Of a stretch of DNA of 64,000 nucleotides, positions 35,555 through 45,634 are shown in pieces. The notes under the pieces are model-generated. The model was not told the DNA's origin and made no database searches. It saw only the letters and a program-made list of their open reading frames with translations. Where the stretch lies: contig JACPUX010000010.1 of NCBI GenBank assembly GCA_016192065.1, positions 49,728 to 113,727 of the forward strand, read 5' to 3'. This stretch comes from Betaproteobacteria bacterium. GTDB lineage: Bacteria > Pseudomonadota > Gammaproteobacteria > Burkholderiales > Casimicrobiaceae. Both the position numbers and the translations under genes were made by a program. Position 1 is the first letter of the stretch; the number at the start of each line of letters is the position of its first letter.

Positions 35555-37138
35555 TCACCCCTTAGCCGTGTTTGCCGCCAATTCCGCGGGCGCTTCCCCC
35601 TCGTTCACCTCCGCCTGCACGCTCATCCACCACAACCTTGCCGGCTCGCGGTGCCAGGGCGCGGCTTTGGCGATACCTTCGAGTTCAGCGGCGAAGGCGG
35701 CAGCGGATTCGGGCCGCAGCGTCATGTCCTTGGCGAGCGCCCGGTCGATCAGGTCATCGAGGCGGGTTGGCACGGAAAAAATGGAGTTCGGTGCGGCGCG
35801 CGGCGCAGGCACATGCAGCACTTGCTGGGCGAGATCGGCGTCGAGCGTGGCTTCGAAAGGCCGCCGGCCGGTGAGCAGAAAAAAGCCGATACAGCCGACG
35901 CCGTAGAGGTCAGTGCGCGGGTCGACGACCTTGGGGTCCAAAAGCCGCTCCGGGGCCATGAAGGCTGGCGTGCCCAGCACCCTGAGGCCCCGGGTGAGAT
36001 CGCGCGAGGCTTCGTGATCGAGGTCGCGAATCAGGCCGAAATCAAGGAGCTTGACGAGGTCGTAGTCGCCATGCGCGGCGTAGGCAATGACGTTGTCAGG
36101 CTTGATGTCCCGATGCAACAGTTGCCGCTGGTGCATGGCACCGACCGCGGCGCAGACTTGTATCAGCAGGCGAATCACCCGCCCTGGCGGCACCGGGCCG
36201 TGCTCTTCGACCCATTGGGTGAGGGTCAGGCCCTGGATGTATTCCATGGCGTAATAAAACCCGCCGCCGGGCACGGGGCCATGATCGAGCACGGTGATGA
36301 TGTTGGGATGATGGAGCTGGCTCGCCAAGCGCGCTTCGCGGTCGAAGCGTTCCAGGGTTTCGTCGCTGCTGGACTTGACCTTCAGCCGCTTCAAGGCCAC
36401 CAGCCGCCCGAGGTGCTCGTGTCGGGCGAGATACACGTTGGCCATGGCGCCTTCGCCGATCAGGCGCAGTATGCGGTAAGGCCCGCAGCTGTCGAGATCA
36501 GGTTTGCGAAAACTCGCCAGCAGCGCCCGAACGTCGAGTTGGCGGTGCACGGCGAAACCCAGGATGACCAGCACCAGCAGGCCGCCCAGTGCCGCGTCGA
36601 GCCAGGCCACCGGGCGCACGAAACGGGCGTAGGGCCGCTCGACCACCAGGCCCAGACCCAGCTCTGGATACCAGCGCCAGATGCCCACCGCAGCTTCGCC
36701 GTCGTGGTCGGGGTAGGCTTCGAACTCGGCGCCGCCTTCGGTCTCGCCCGCGGCAATGCGTCCCAGCGCTCGCGCCACGATGTCTGTAGGCGCGGCTTCG
36801 CGCATCGCCCCGTCCTTCCCCGGGCCGCCAACTACCAGGCTGCGGCCTTCGGGCAGGAAGAAGTAGACGTTGCGTCGATTTCTGATGTCGGCACGCGCCA
36901 GAGTACCGCGCAGTTCCTCTTGCGCTCCGGCCCCCTGGGTCAGGAGCTCGGCGCCCCTGGCGTTCTTGGACAGGGCGTCGCGCTTGAGGTCGACGGCGAC
37001 GAGTTCAGCGATGAGCGCGAGGTCGCGCTCGGCGGAATCGGCGAGTTGCGCGGCCACCAGGTAACGTAGGAGGAGCCACCCCAGCACAAACAGCAGCAGC
37101 GCTCCGGCGGTTAGCAGGGGAGTCTTGTTGCGCTTCAC
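35555..37138 (-). CDS. sensor Ser/Thr protein kinase with N-terminal TM-periplasmic-TM sensor region and C-terminal Hanks kinase
   Basis: Kinase motifs LIGEGAMANVYLA (G-loop), VALKRL (Lys), HRDIKPDN, DFG; two TM helices flanking an about 170-aa extracytoplasmic segment at the N-terminus. Confidence 0.85.
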   Translation of the reverse strand: MKRNKTPLLTAGALLLFVLGWLLLRYLVAAQLADSAERDLALIAELVAVDLKRDALSKNARGAELLTQGAGAQEELRGTLARADIRNRRNVYFFLPEGRSLVVGGPGKDGAMREAAPTDIVARALGRIAAGETEGGAEFEAYPDHDGEAAVGIWRWYPELGLGLVVERPYARFVRPVAWLDAALGGLLVLVILGFAVHRQLDVRALLASFRKPDLDSCGPYRILRLIGEGAMANVYLARHEHLGRLVALKRLKVKSSSDETLERFDREARLASQLHHPNIITVLDHGPVPGGGFYYAMEYIQGLTLTQWVEEHGPVPPGRVIRLLIQVCAAVGAMHQRQLLHRDIKPDNVIAYAAHGDYDLVKLLDFGLIRDLDHEASRDLTRGLRVLGTPAFMAPERLLDPKVVDPRTDLYGVGCIGFFLLTGRRPFEATLDADLAQQVLHVPAPRAAPNSIFSVPTRLDDLIDRALAKDMTLRPESAAAFAAELEGIAKAAPWHREPARLWWMSVQAEVNEGEAPAELAANTAKG

Positions 37139-37209
37139 AGTGCCACCAGTCTAACGAAACTCTCCCTCGATGTCGCGCCGATACGCGGCGCTCGAAGGCG
37201 GTGGCGAAA

Positions 37210-37788
37210 TCAGCCGCGACGCAGCGCCCCGAACAGAAATTCGCGCTTGCTTGTGGGCCGGGGCTGAGGCGGCGCGACGGGCGGCGCGGAAGTCTCTGGG
37301 GGCTCGGTCAGGGGCTGGGCTTCAGTGGTGTCGGCGCGGCGCGGCGGGCCGATGTCCGGCAGGCTGCCCGGCGCGGGCGGCGCGAGCAGCATGGCAAGTA
37401 CGGCCTGCGCGGTTTCGCGGGCGCTTTGCTGGTCGGCAAACTGGCCCATGGGAGAAATGAGCGAACAGGTCTGGAACTCGCCCACTTCGGGCTCTTCGCA
37501 CCCGAGAAAGGCATAGGTTCCCGAGGGCAAGGCACGGAAGTGCCGGGTTTCGCCGCGCACACTGGTCCACGCTTCCAGCGGCCCAGGCACCCGCAGCAGG
37601 TTCATGAACCAGGGCGCGATGAGCACGCCTAGCCAATGCCCTTCGTATTGGGTGAAGCCCACCGCCTCGACTTCGAGCGCGGGGTTGATGATGGGTACGT
37701 CCGCCATGCAATCCCTGTGAATGCGCCGGAAGGCCGCCTCCAGCAGGGCCGAAGGATCGAGTTCATGCCGACGCAAGGGCTCGCTCAC
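37210..37788 (-). CDS. hybE: [NiFe]-hydrogenase assembly chaperone HybE/HupJ-like
   Basis: Position after hypC in the hyb operon and HybE-like core (GHWLGVLIAPWFMNLL...); 192 aa. Confidence 0.65.
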   Translation of the reverse strand: MSEPLRRHELDPSALLEAAFRRIHRDCMADVPIINPALEVEAVGFTQYEGHWLGVLIAPWFMNLLRVPGPLEAWTSVRGETRHFRALPSGTYAFLGCEEPEVGEFQTCSLISPMGQFADQQSARETAQAVLAMLLAPPAPGSLPDIGPPRRADTTEAQPLTEPPETSAPPVAPPQPRPTSKREFLFGALRRG

Positions 37789-38030
37789 CAGGCCCTCACA
37801 TCGGCTTCGCCCTGGCTCATGATTTCCTGCATCAGAGCGAGTGCCTCGGCGGCGCGTTCCGCCTCCACCCTTTCATAAGCAAAGCTGCCTTGCTGGATGA
37901 GCACATAGTCGCCCACCGCGACCTCTTCGTGCATCAGCATCAGGTTTACCTCGCGCTCGGTCCCGGCGGTATCGACCACCGCCATGAAGCCGTCGATGCG
38001 CAACACCTTCGAGGGAATGGCGAGGCACAT
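37785..38030 (-). CDS. hypC: hydrogenase maturation factor HypC/HupF
   Basis: N-terminal MCLAIP signature; TGATG-type overlap with hybD stop; about 81 aa. Confidence 0.75.
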   Translation of the reverse strand: MCLAIPSKVLRIDGFMAVVDTAGTEREVNLMLMHEEVAVGDYVLIQQGSFAYERVEAERAAEALALMQEIMSQGEADVRAW

Positions 38031-38524
38031 CATGCGGCTCTGGGTAGCAATTCGATGCCCCGTCGCGCCAGTTCGGCGTGGGCGCGTGTCACCATGCCGG
38101 GCACGGCGGCGGCAATGCGGGGGGTCAATTCCATGCCCAGCTCGAAGCTCTCGGGTTCGACACCGATGAGCACGATGTCCTTGGGCGGAGAACCAGCAAA
38201 CTCCAGGCTCGCCAGCACGTCGCAAATGCTCACCTGATGCGGCGAGAGCTTGGCGCGGAAGAATACCGGCACTTCCTTGCCGGCAAGCACCACGAGTTCC
38301 CCGGGCACGCGCCTGGCCTTGACGGCATCGAGCACGAGCAGCAGATCGACGCCCGTCAGGGGGTCGAGAAGTTCCATGCCGGCAGTGCCGCCATCGATGA
38401 CTTCCACGCCTTCGGGAATGTGGTAGGCCGCCTGCAGAGCCTCGGCGGCGCGCACGCCCACACCTTCGTCGGAGAGGATGGTGTTGCCGATGCCGAGGAT
38501 GACGGTGCGCAAGTGGGGCTCCAA
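38030..38524 (-). CDS. hybD: hydrogenase maturation endopeptidase HybD/HyaD
   Basis: ILGIGNTILSDEGVGVRA N-terminus typical of the HyaD/HybD protease family; 164 aa. Confidence 0.85.
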   Translation of the reverse strand: MEPHLRTVILGIGNTILSDEGVGVRAAEALQAAYHIPEGVEVIDGGTAGMELLDPLTGVDLLLVLDAVKARRVPGELVVLAGKEVPVFFRAKLSPHQVSICDVLASLEFAGSPPKDIVLIGVEPESFELGMELTPRIAAAVPGMVTRAHAELARRGIELLPRAA

Positions 38525-38597
38525 AAAACAGGGCGAGCTTGTGGCCCGCCCCCAAGTTTACCAGCCGAAGCGGCCGGAGAGGTCGTTGACCCGCGCT

Positions 38598-40301
38598 TTA
38601 CTTCGCCTTCACGGTAATGGCGCTGCCATGCTCCGTGTCGGTGACGTGAATCGCGCAGGCGATGCAAGGGTCGAAAGAGTGGATGGTGCGCAGCACTTCC
38701 AGGGGTTTGCCGGGATCAGCGATGGGGTTGTCCATGAGCGAGGCTTCATAAGGCCCCGGCTCGTCCTTCTCGTTGCGCGGACAGGCGTTCCAGGTCGAGG
38801 GCACCACGCACTGGTAGTTCTTGATCTTGCCGTCGTTGATGACTACCCAGTGCGAGAGCACACCGCGGGGCGCTTCGTGATAACCCTGGCCTTGAATTTC
38901 GCCTTTCGGGAAAGTGGGCTTGTTGAAGGTTTTCACGTCGCCTTTGGCGATGTTGTTCACCAGTGCGCTCCACTGGTCGGCCAGCATGTCCACTTGCACC
39001 GCGCAAGACACCGCGCGGGCGGCGTGGCGACCAATGGTGGAATGCATGGCGTCCAGGCCCACCTTGGTTTTGGCCAGGGCCGAGACGGTGTCGAGCGCGG
39101 CGGTGGCGTATTTCTTGGTGGGTTCGTGGCCGGCGGCCAGCATACAAAGCACGCGCGAGAGCGGTCCCACTTGCGCGGGCTTGCCATAGAAGGTGGGCGA
39201 CTTCAGCCAGGAATATTTGCCGTCGTCCTTGAAGTCGGTGTACTGCGGTTTGGTCTCGCCTTGGTAGGGATGCAGCGGCGCCTTGGAGTTTTCGTACCAG
39301 GAGTGCTTGGTGCTCTCTTCCACGCCCTTGACCCAATACTCGTCGTTGAAGGTCTTGATCGCCTTGAAGGCACCCAGATCTTTGTTGGGCACGTAGCCGC
39401 CCGGCAGCGCGAACTGGGTGCCCTTGGTGTCCATGGGAATATCGGGCACGCACAGATAGTTGGTCACTCCCGCACCGTATTTGGTCCAGTCGGCGTAGAA
39501 AGCGCCCACCGCGGCAACATCGACGAGATAGACGTTCTTGACGAAATCCGCCAATTCGTCGATCCAACCCTTGATGGCCAAGAGGCGCTCGACGCCCAGA
39601 GTCGAGTAGCTGTCGGTGGAGATGGCGTTGGAGACTCCCCCCACGGCGATGTTCTGAATGTGCGGCGTTTTCGAACCCAAGATGGAAACGATCTTGTTGG
39701 CTTTGCGTTGCACGTCCAGCGCTTGCAGATAATGCGCCACGGCGAGGAGGTTCACCTCCGGCGGCAGCTTCATCGCCGGGTGGCCCCAATAACCGTTGGT
39801 GAAAATGCCCAACTGCCCGCCATCGACGAAGCCCTTGAGGCGCTCCTTGACGGCGCGCATTTCGAACTTGCCGTTGCCGGCCCAGGACGAGAGGCTTTCG
39901 GCCAGCTTGGAGGTGGCGTCGGGGTCAGCCTTGAGCGCCGAGACCACATCCACCCAGTCGAGCGCCGAGAGGTGATAGAAGTGCACGATGTGGTCATGCA
40001 CCGCATGCGCCAGGATGATGAGGTTGCGAATGTACTGCGCGTTGAGCGGCACTTCGAGTTGCAGCGCGTTTTCGACGGCGCGCACCGAGGCGATGGCATG
40101 CACCGTGGTACACACGCCGCAGATGCGCTGGGTGATGGCCCAGGCGTCGCGCGGATCACGGCCCAGGAGGATCAGTTCGACGCCGCGCCACATCTGGCCC
40201 GACGACCACGCTTTTTTGACTTTGCCGCCGTCGACATCGACATCGATGCGCAGATGGCCTTCGATCCGGGTGATCGGATCAACCGTAATGCGTTGTCCCA
40301 T
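38598..40301 (-). CDS. hybC: [NiFe] hydrogenase large subunit
   Basis: N-terminal RIEGH...CGVC (L1 motif), C-terminal DPCIACAIH (L2 motif with cleavage site), 567 aa. Confidence 0.95.
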   Translation of the reverse strand: MGQRITVDPITRIEGHLRIDVDVDGGKVKKAWSSGQMWRGVELILLGRDPRDAWAITQRICGVCTTVHAIASVRAVENALQLEVPLNAQYIRNLIILAHAVHDHIVHFYHLSALDWVDVVSALKADPDATSKLAESLSSWAGNGKFEMRAVKERLKGFVDGGQLGIFTNGYWGHPAMKLPPEVNLLAVAHYLQALDVQRKANKIVSILGSKTPHIQNIAVGGVSNAISTDSYSTLGVERLLAIKGWIDELADFVKNVYLVDVAAVGAFYADWTKYGAGVTNYLCVPDIPMDTKGTQFALPGGYVPNKDLGAFKAIKTFNDEYWVKGVEESTKHSWYENSKAPLHPYQGETKPQYTDFKDDGKYSWLKSPTFYGKPAQVGPLSRVLCMLAAGHEPTKKYATAALDTVSALAKTKVGLDAMHSTIGRHAARAVSCAVQVDMLADQWSALVNNIAKGDVKTFNKPTFPKGEIQGQGYHEAPRGVLSHWVVINDGKIKNYQCVVPSTWNACPRNEKDEPGPYEASLMDNPIADPGKPLEVLRTIHSFDPCIACAIHVTDTEHGSAITVKAK

Positions 40302-40316
40302 TTTGTACCTCTCCTT

Positions 40317-41477
40317 TTAGCGCGTGGCCGGCTGCGTCGCGGGCAGCACGGGGAATTTTCTAACGATGATGATGTAGGCCAGGATTTCGAAGGCAATGAG
40401 CCCTACCGTAACCATCAGCTCGGGGAACGAGGGGAAGTAATGCCAGCCTTCGCCGGTTTCGTAGCCGACCAGAAACCCATTGATCCGCAGCAGCATGCCG
40501 CCCAGCATCAAGAGCACCGCGCCGACAAAAAGTTTGGCGGCGCTGTTGCGCGCGGCCTGGCTTCCCAGAATGATCACCGGCACGATGAAGCACAACATCT
40601 CCAGCCAGAACATCAGGGCCTCGCCACTGGCGGAAAAGGCGCTGCCGATGGCACCGCGCACCGCGAGATCCCCCACGCGCACCACGAGGTAGGCGATCAA
40701 AAGGCCATACATGATCTTGCACAACTGCGCCAGGACTGGCGTTTCCATCTGCCGCTTGAAGCCCACCGATGAGAGCGTCGCCTCGAAGATCACCACCGCG
40801 AAACCCAGCATGATGGCGGTCATGAGGTAGATGAGTGGCAGAAGCCAGCCCGATTGCCACAGCGGATGCACCTGGTTACCGAAGACCACCAAGAGCGACC
40901 CCAGAGAGGACTGGTGCATCGAGGGCAGGAGCACGCCCAGAGCGATGAAGAAGAAAAGCACTTTGGAGAGCTTCTTCTTGAGTTCGCCCATACCCAGACG
41001 ATCGAGGAAGGCGGGCGAAAACTCGATCCACATCACCAGCACGTAGGCCGAGATACAGACCGCCACTTCGAACATCACCGAATTGACTTGGGCATAACCG
41101 GGCCAGAAGATGTGCCAGAAGTTCCACCAGCGGCCCAGGTCGAAGATCACCGACACCGCCGCCAAGGTGTAGCCGAAAAGGCTGGCCAAGAGCGCCGGGC
41201 GGACCAAGGGGTGATATTCGCCTTTGTTGAAAATGTAGGCCAAGAGCGCCAAGGCGTAGCCGCCGCAGGCGAAGGCTGAGCCCACCACCACGTCATAGGC
41301 GATCCAGATGCCCCAGGGGAAGCCGTCGTTGATGTTGGTGACGGCCCCCAGCCCGTAGATGAAGCGATACACCAGGATCACCCCGGCGATCGCCGCCAAC
41401 AGCCCGAGCACGAAGGTGACCGGGGTGAGGAGGCTCCCGCCTAGCGGTGCTGGCGCGTGCGCGTCGTGACTAGCCAT
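40317..41477 (-). CDS. hybB: hydrogenase membrane anchor, NrfD/HybB-type cytochrome b subunit
   Basis: About 10 TM helices, operon position between the Fe-S subunit and the large subunit. Confidence 0.8.
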   Translation of the reverse strand: MASHDAHAPAPLGGSLLTPVTFVLGLLAAIAGVILVYRFIYGLGAVTNINDGFPWGIWIAYDVVVGSAFACGGYALALLAYIFNKGEYHPLVRPALLASLFGYTLAAVSVIFDLGRWWNFWHIFWPGYAQVNSVMFEVAVCISAYVLVMWIEFSPAFLDRLGMGELKKKLSKVLFFFIALGVLLPSMHQSSLGSLLVVFGNQVHPLWQSGWLLPLIYLMTAIMLGFAVVIFEATLSSVGFKRQMETPVLAQLCKIMYGLLIAYLVVRVGDLAVRGAIGSAFSASGEALMFWLEMLCFIVPVIILGSQAARNSAAKLFVGAVLLMLGGMLLRINGFLVGYETGEGWHYFPSFPELMVTVGLIAFEILAYIIIVRKFPVLPATQPATR

Positions 41478-42449
41478 TTTTCCCCTCCTCTTTGTGCTCG
41501 TCGTCCTTGACGTTGCGCTTGGCGACCCAGGTGAGTCCGCCGAGAAACACCAGCGGCAAGATGAGCCCGCCATAAAGCGTGTGCTGCAAAGTCTCGGACT
41601 GCGAGGCGTAAGAAACCTCAGGCAACTTCGGATAACCCAGCTTCTCGAAAGACACGCCCGAGAGCATCAGCATCTGGGTGCCGCCGATTTCTTTTTCGCC
41701 ATAGACGTGGTCGATGTACTTGGCCACCACGCCCGGGTAACTTTGATCCGGACCGCCCAGTTTGCCGCGCGGGTACAGGGTCTGAGTTCCAGGTTTCAAG
41801 CTCTTCCGGCGGGTGATTTCCTGCTTCAGATCGGCGACTTTGCCAAAGAGCGTGGCGCCGGTCGGGCAGACTTCCGCACAAGCCGCGTATTTGCCTTCCG
41901 GCCAGCGGTGCTGGCAGAGCTGACACTTGCTGATTTGCGGCGTGGGCGAATCGTAGGTGAAACGCGGCACACCGAAGGGACAAGCGGCCACGCAGTAGCG
42001 GCAACCGATGCAGGCGTTCTTGTCGTAGCTCACCACCCCGGTCTTTTCATCCTTCTTCATCGCCTTGACCGGGCAGGCCGACACACAGGATGGGTCGACG
42101 CAGTGCAGGCAAGACTTTTTGGAGAAGGCCCAGCCGTCGACCTCGCGGTCTTTGGCTTCGAGTTTGCCGTTCTTGTAGACCTTGATGACGTTCAGGGTCT
42201 TGCCGGAAATGTCGAGTGGAGTGTCCCAGAGCTGGTCCTCGGTGGAGAACTCCATGGGCATGTCGTTGGCCTGCTTGCACGCCGCCACGCAGGCCTTGCA
42301 GCCGACACAGAGGGTGGAATCGAAGAGCAGCCCGACCGCGTCGGGCGGCAGCGTTTTATTGCCGCGGGCTTGCGCCGGAGAACACGTCGCACCTGTCGCC
42401 AGGGCGGCGCCACCGGCGGCAGCGGCCTTGAAGAATTTGCGCCGGTCCA
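41470..42449 (-). CDS. hybA: hydrogenase 4Fe-4S ferredoxin-type electron-transfer subunit (HybA-like), Tat signal
   Basis: MDRRKFFKAAAAGGAALA Tat signal, multiple CxxCxxCxxxCP clusters, AAGGAAGG RBS. Confidence 0.85.
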
Positions 42450-42452
42450 TGA

Positions 42453-43592
42453 TTACTGGCCTTCCTTGCCCTGCCCGGCGGCATCCTGTTTGCCGACATT
42501 CTTGGCGAGCATGGCCGCACCGCCAGCGGCGGCCCCGGCAATGGCCGCCAACGCCGCCATCGAGGCGAAGCTGGTCTTGCCCTGCTGTTCCACCACATTG
42601 GGGTAGGACGCTGGCGGGCTCATGCCTTTCAACTGCGCGGTGGCGTGGATGGGCTTGGCGAAGCCCACGCCTTTTTCGGAGCAGCCGATGCAAGGGTGAC
42701 CGCAAGCCACGGGCCAATTCGACTCGCCCACATCCCCAAAGCCGATGGTCGAGCAATTGGCGTAGGTCTCGGGGCCTTTGCAGCCGAGCTTGTACAGGCA
42801 ATAGCCCTTGCGGTGGCCCTCATCGCCGAACTCGTGGGCGAAGCGGCCGGCGTCGAAGTGGGCGCGGCGTTCGCAGTGTTCGTGGATGATGCGGCCGTAG
42901 GCGAACTTCGGCCTGCCGAGGCTATCGATCTCGGGCAACTTGCCGAAGGTCAGGAAATGCACCGCCGTGGCGAGGAAGTTGTAGGGATTGGGCGGGCAGC
43001 CGGGAATCGTGACCACGGGTTTGCCCAGCACTTCGGCCACACCCGAGGATCCGGTCGGGTTCGGGCCGGTCGAGGGCATGCCGCCCCAGGACGCACAGGA
43101 ACCGATGGCGATGACCGCAGCGGCATTGGCTGCGGCTTCCTTGGTCAATTCGAGCGCGGTTCTGCCGCCGACCTTGCAATAGATGCCGTTTTCCTTGGTG
43201 GGGATGGCGCCTTCCACGACCAGGATGTACTTGCCTTTGTTGGCTTCCATCGCCGCCTTCTTGGCCGCCTCGGCCTGGTGGCCGGCCGCAGCCATCAGGG
43301 TCTCGTGGTAGTCGAGCGAGATCACGTCGAGAATGAGTTTCTCCAGCGTCGGATGCTCGGCGCGCAGCAGGGACTCGCTGCAGCCGGTGCACTCCTGGAA
43401 ATGCAACCAGATCACCGACGGACGCTTGGCTTTTTCAACCGCCTTGGCGATGGCCGCTTCCGCACCTGCCGGAAGCCCCAAGGTCGCCGCGGTTGCCGCG
43501 CAGAATTGCATGAACTCGCGCCGCGATAGGCCGAGCCGGCGTTCCACCGAGGACGCGGCCTGGTGGGTTTCATCAATGAGCAATTGGTCCAT
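42453..43592 (-). CDS. hybO: [NiFe] hydrogenase small subunit, Tat signal
   Basis: RREFMQFC Tat motif, CTGCSES proximal-cluster motif, C-terminal Cys clusters; start MDQLL with GGAGGGAAGGA RBS. Confidence 0.9.
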   Translation of the reverse strand: MDQLLIDETHQAASSVERRLGLSRREFMQFCAATAATLGLPAGAEAAIAKAVEKAKRPSVIWLHFQECTGCSESLLRAEHPTLEKLILDVISLDYHETLMAAAGHQAEAAKKAAMEANKGKYILVVEGAIPTKENGIYCKVGGRTALELTKEAAANAAAVIAIGSCASWGGMPSTGPNPTGSSGVAEVLGKPVVTIPGCPPNPYNFLATAVHFLTFGKLPEIDSLGRPKFAYGRIIHEHCERRAHFDAGRFAHEFGDEGHRKGYCLYKLGCKGPETYANCSTIGFGDVGESNWPVACGHPCIGCSEKGVGFAKPIHATAQLKGMSPPASYPNVVEQQGKTSFASMAALAAIAGAAAGGAAMLAKNVGKQDAAGQGKEGQ

Positions 43593-44053
43593 GTGGTCCT
43601 TCCCTCCGAATAAATACCTGACAGTCAGCCAGGCACCCCTGTTCGAGCATTTGGCTTGCGCAACCAACGGCCGCCGCAAAGCTTCCTGCCGCTACCGTAG
43701 CAAGCTCACTAACAAAAACCGTGCCTGCTCGGTGGGCTCATACAAGTCATTAGAAAATCAAGCCCTTAAACTATCAGCCCGGAAGCGTCGAATTCCCATG
43801 GTCCGCGCGTGGACGCTCAGCGGCCAATGCGAACTGGAAACTTTGCTTGCAGCGCGACTGGAAGCAAATTGTTGATTGTCTTGATCTTTTTATTGACTTC
43901 GATCAAGTTCGTTGATCTCCCTTGATCGGCGCGCTCTCCGGCATCGCGAATCTTGGTTTGATCGGCATCTCCCGGAGGCGGGTCCGGCAGCGATTTCCGG
44001 CGGCCGCGCCAGGCGAGAGACGGGAGCCACGGGTAAGCCGCGCCAGGCCGGCG

Positions 44054-44452
44054 TCAAACCGCTCCGGCGGCACCTTGGGCGCGTTGTTGCGCGGCTTGAT
44101 GCAGTTCCCAGGCCATTTGCAGGCCCAGCCAGAAGTGCGGGTCCATTTCGAAATAGAGCCCAAGGCGCAGCGCAGTATCGGCGGTGATGCCCCGATGCCC
44201 GCGCAGCAATTCGTTGACGCGCCGGCGCGAGACCGCGAGGGCCACGGCCAGTTCGATTTGACTGATCCGCAGCGGGGTCAAGAACCGCGTCTGCAAGAAC
44301 CGCCCGGGGTGGATCGGGCGATGTGGCACTTGGGCCCTGAACGGAGCGCCGGGCGCCCGGTGTAACCCCGCGATCGCCGCCCGACGCGGCTGGCTTGGCG
44401 CGGTTTCGGTCACCGTCGGGCGGGTCTCCCTGATTTTTCGCGCGTCGTTCAT
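44054..44452 (-). CDS. HigA-family HTH antitoxin-like protein (orphan; no HigB seen)
   Basis: IHPGRFLQTRFLTPLRISQIELAVALAVSRRRVNELLRGHRGITADTALRLGLYF matches the HigA/VapI HTH consensus. Confidence 0.6.
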   Translation of the reverse strand: MNDARKIRETRPTVTETAPSQPRRAAIAGLHRAPGAPFRAQVPHRPIHPGRFLQTRFLTPLRISQIELAVALAVSRRRVNELLRGHRGITADTALRLGLYFEMDPHFWLGLQMAWELHQAAQQRAQGAAGAV

Positions 44453-44754
44453 GGCTCGGGCGTCGTGTTCGGACCATGGCCAAGATTACAAGAACCGTGC
44501 CACGGACACGACACCAACCACCGCGATCCGGTAAACCTGCCCGCCCGCTTGATTTCGGCGCCTACCGCAGAGACGCGCGGGAGCTTGCGCCAGTCTCTTG
44601 CTCCGAGATTTCGTGCAAGCGAGGTTTGCAATCAGTGCAAACAAGACCGCCAGTTCCGCTCAAGTGCCTGCGCCTGGCCTTGGCTCCGCGACCGGCGTCG
44701 GGCGGGCGCAAAGCCGGGCCGACCAACCGGTCTGTCCACGACCAGCGCCGCGCT

Positions 44755-45522
44755 CTACATGTGCCGGAACAATTGAGAGTAGGCGCGGCTCACTTCGAGT
44801 TTTTCCGGATGCCCTTTGACCGAGACGATCTGCTGCCCGCGCTCGTCACGCTGAATCTGCGCGACCGCCTCAACCCGCACCAGGATCGAGCGATGGATTT
44901 GCCAAAACTCGTCGGGGTCGAGTTCGGTGGCGAGTTCCTTGATCGGCTTGCGGATCAAGGCTTCGAACTCAGGCGTCTGCACCCGGGTGTATTTGTCATC
45001 GGAGCGGAAGAACAGGATCTCGCGGGTCGGAATCATGCGCAGGCTGTTGCCGATGCTCGCCTGGATCCAGCGCAAGTAATCGGGCTTGGCGCCCGGCGTC
45101 ATCTGCCGGGCGATGCGGGCAAGGAGCTGCTCGACCTCGCCGGGTGTGGCTTCGAGTTTCTCTTTGAGTCGTTCGCAAGTGAGCTTGAGGCGCTCGGGGT
45201 TGGCGGGTTTCAAAACGTAATCGGTGGCGCCCCGCTCGAACGCCTCGATGGCGTGCTGATCGTAGGCCGTGACAAAGACAATGTGACACTGTCCGGAGAT
45301 CACTCCCGCAGCCTCGAGGCCGGTCTTTTCCGGCATCTGAATGTCGAGGAAGGCAATGTCCGGACGATGTGCCGCAACCGCAGCAATGGCCTCGGACCCG
45401 TTGGTGGCCTCGGCCACGACTTCCAGTTCGGGCCAGACCTCGGCCAGGCGGCGGCGCAGGAGTTCGCGCATCAGCCGCTCGTCGTCGGCAAGCACGGCGG
45501 TGGGGCGGGCTTGGCGGTTCAC
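44755..45522 (-). CDS. LytTR-family response regulator (AlgR/LytR-like)
   Basis: REC domain (LADDERLMR...DIAFLDIQMP), C-terminal LytTR DNA-binding domain; 255 aa. Confidence 0.85.
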   Translation of the reverse strand: MNRQARPTAVLADDERLMRELLRRRLAEVWPELEVVAEATNGSEAIAAVAAHRPDIAFLDIQMPEKTGLEAAGVISGQCHIVFVTAYDQHAIEAFERGATDYVLKPANPERLKLTCERLKEKLEATPGEVEQLLARIARQMTPGAKPDYLRWIQASIGNSLRMIPTREILFFRSDDKYTRVQTPEFEALIRKPIKELATELDPDEFWQIHRSILVRVEAVAQIQRDERGQQIVSVKGHPEKLEVSRAYSQLFRHM

Positions 45523-45529
45523 AGGACAG

Positions 45530-45600
45530 CCCGCCCCGCGCCCCTTCCCCGCGGGAGGGGGTGACTACGGTTCGCGGGCTGCGCCCGCTCCGGCACCTTG
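45530..45600. repeat. REP-like repeat copy (inverted relative to copies at 46686-46840)
   Basis: CGGTTCGCGGGCTGCGCCCGCTCCGG is the reverse complement of CCGGAGCGGGCGCAGCCCGCGAACCG at about 46716. Confidence 0.5.
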
Positions 45601-45634
45601 CATGCGCCCCCTTGGGACGGCCCGGCGGGGGCGC

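Noticed and set aside
37210-43592. Hydrogenase cluster as a novel system
   Set aside because: Gene order hybO-hybA-hybB-hybC-hybD-hypC-hybE with canonical motifs (CTGC, RIEGH, DPCxxC, MCLAIP, Tat signals) is a standard hydrogenase-2-type operon.
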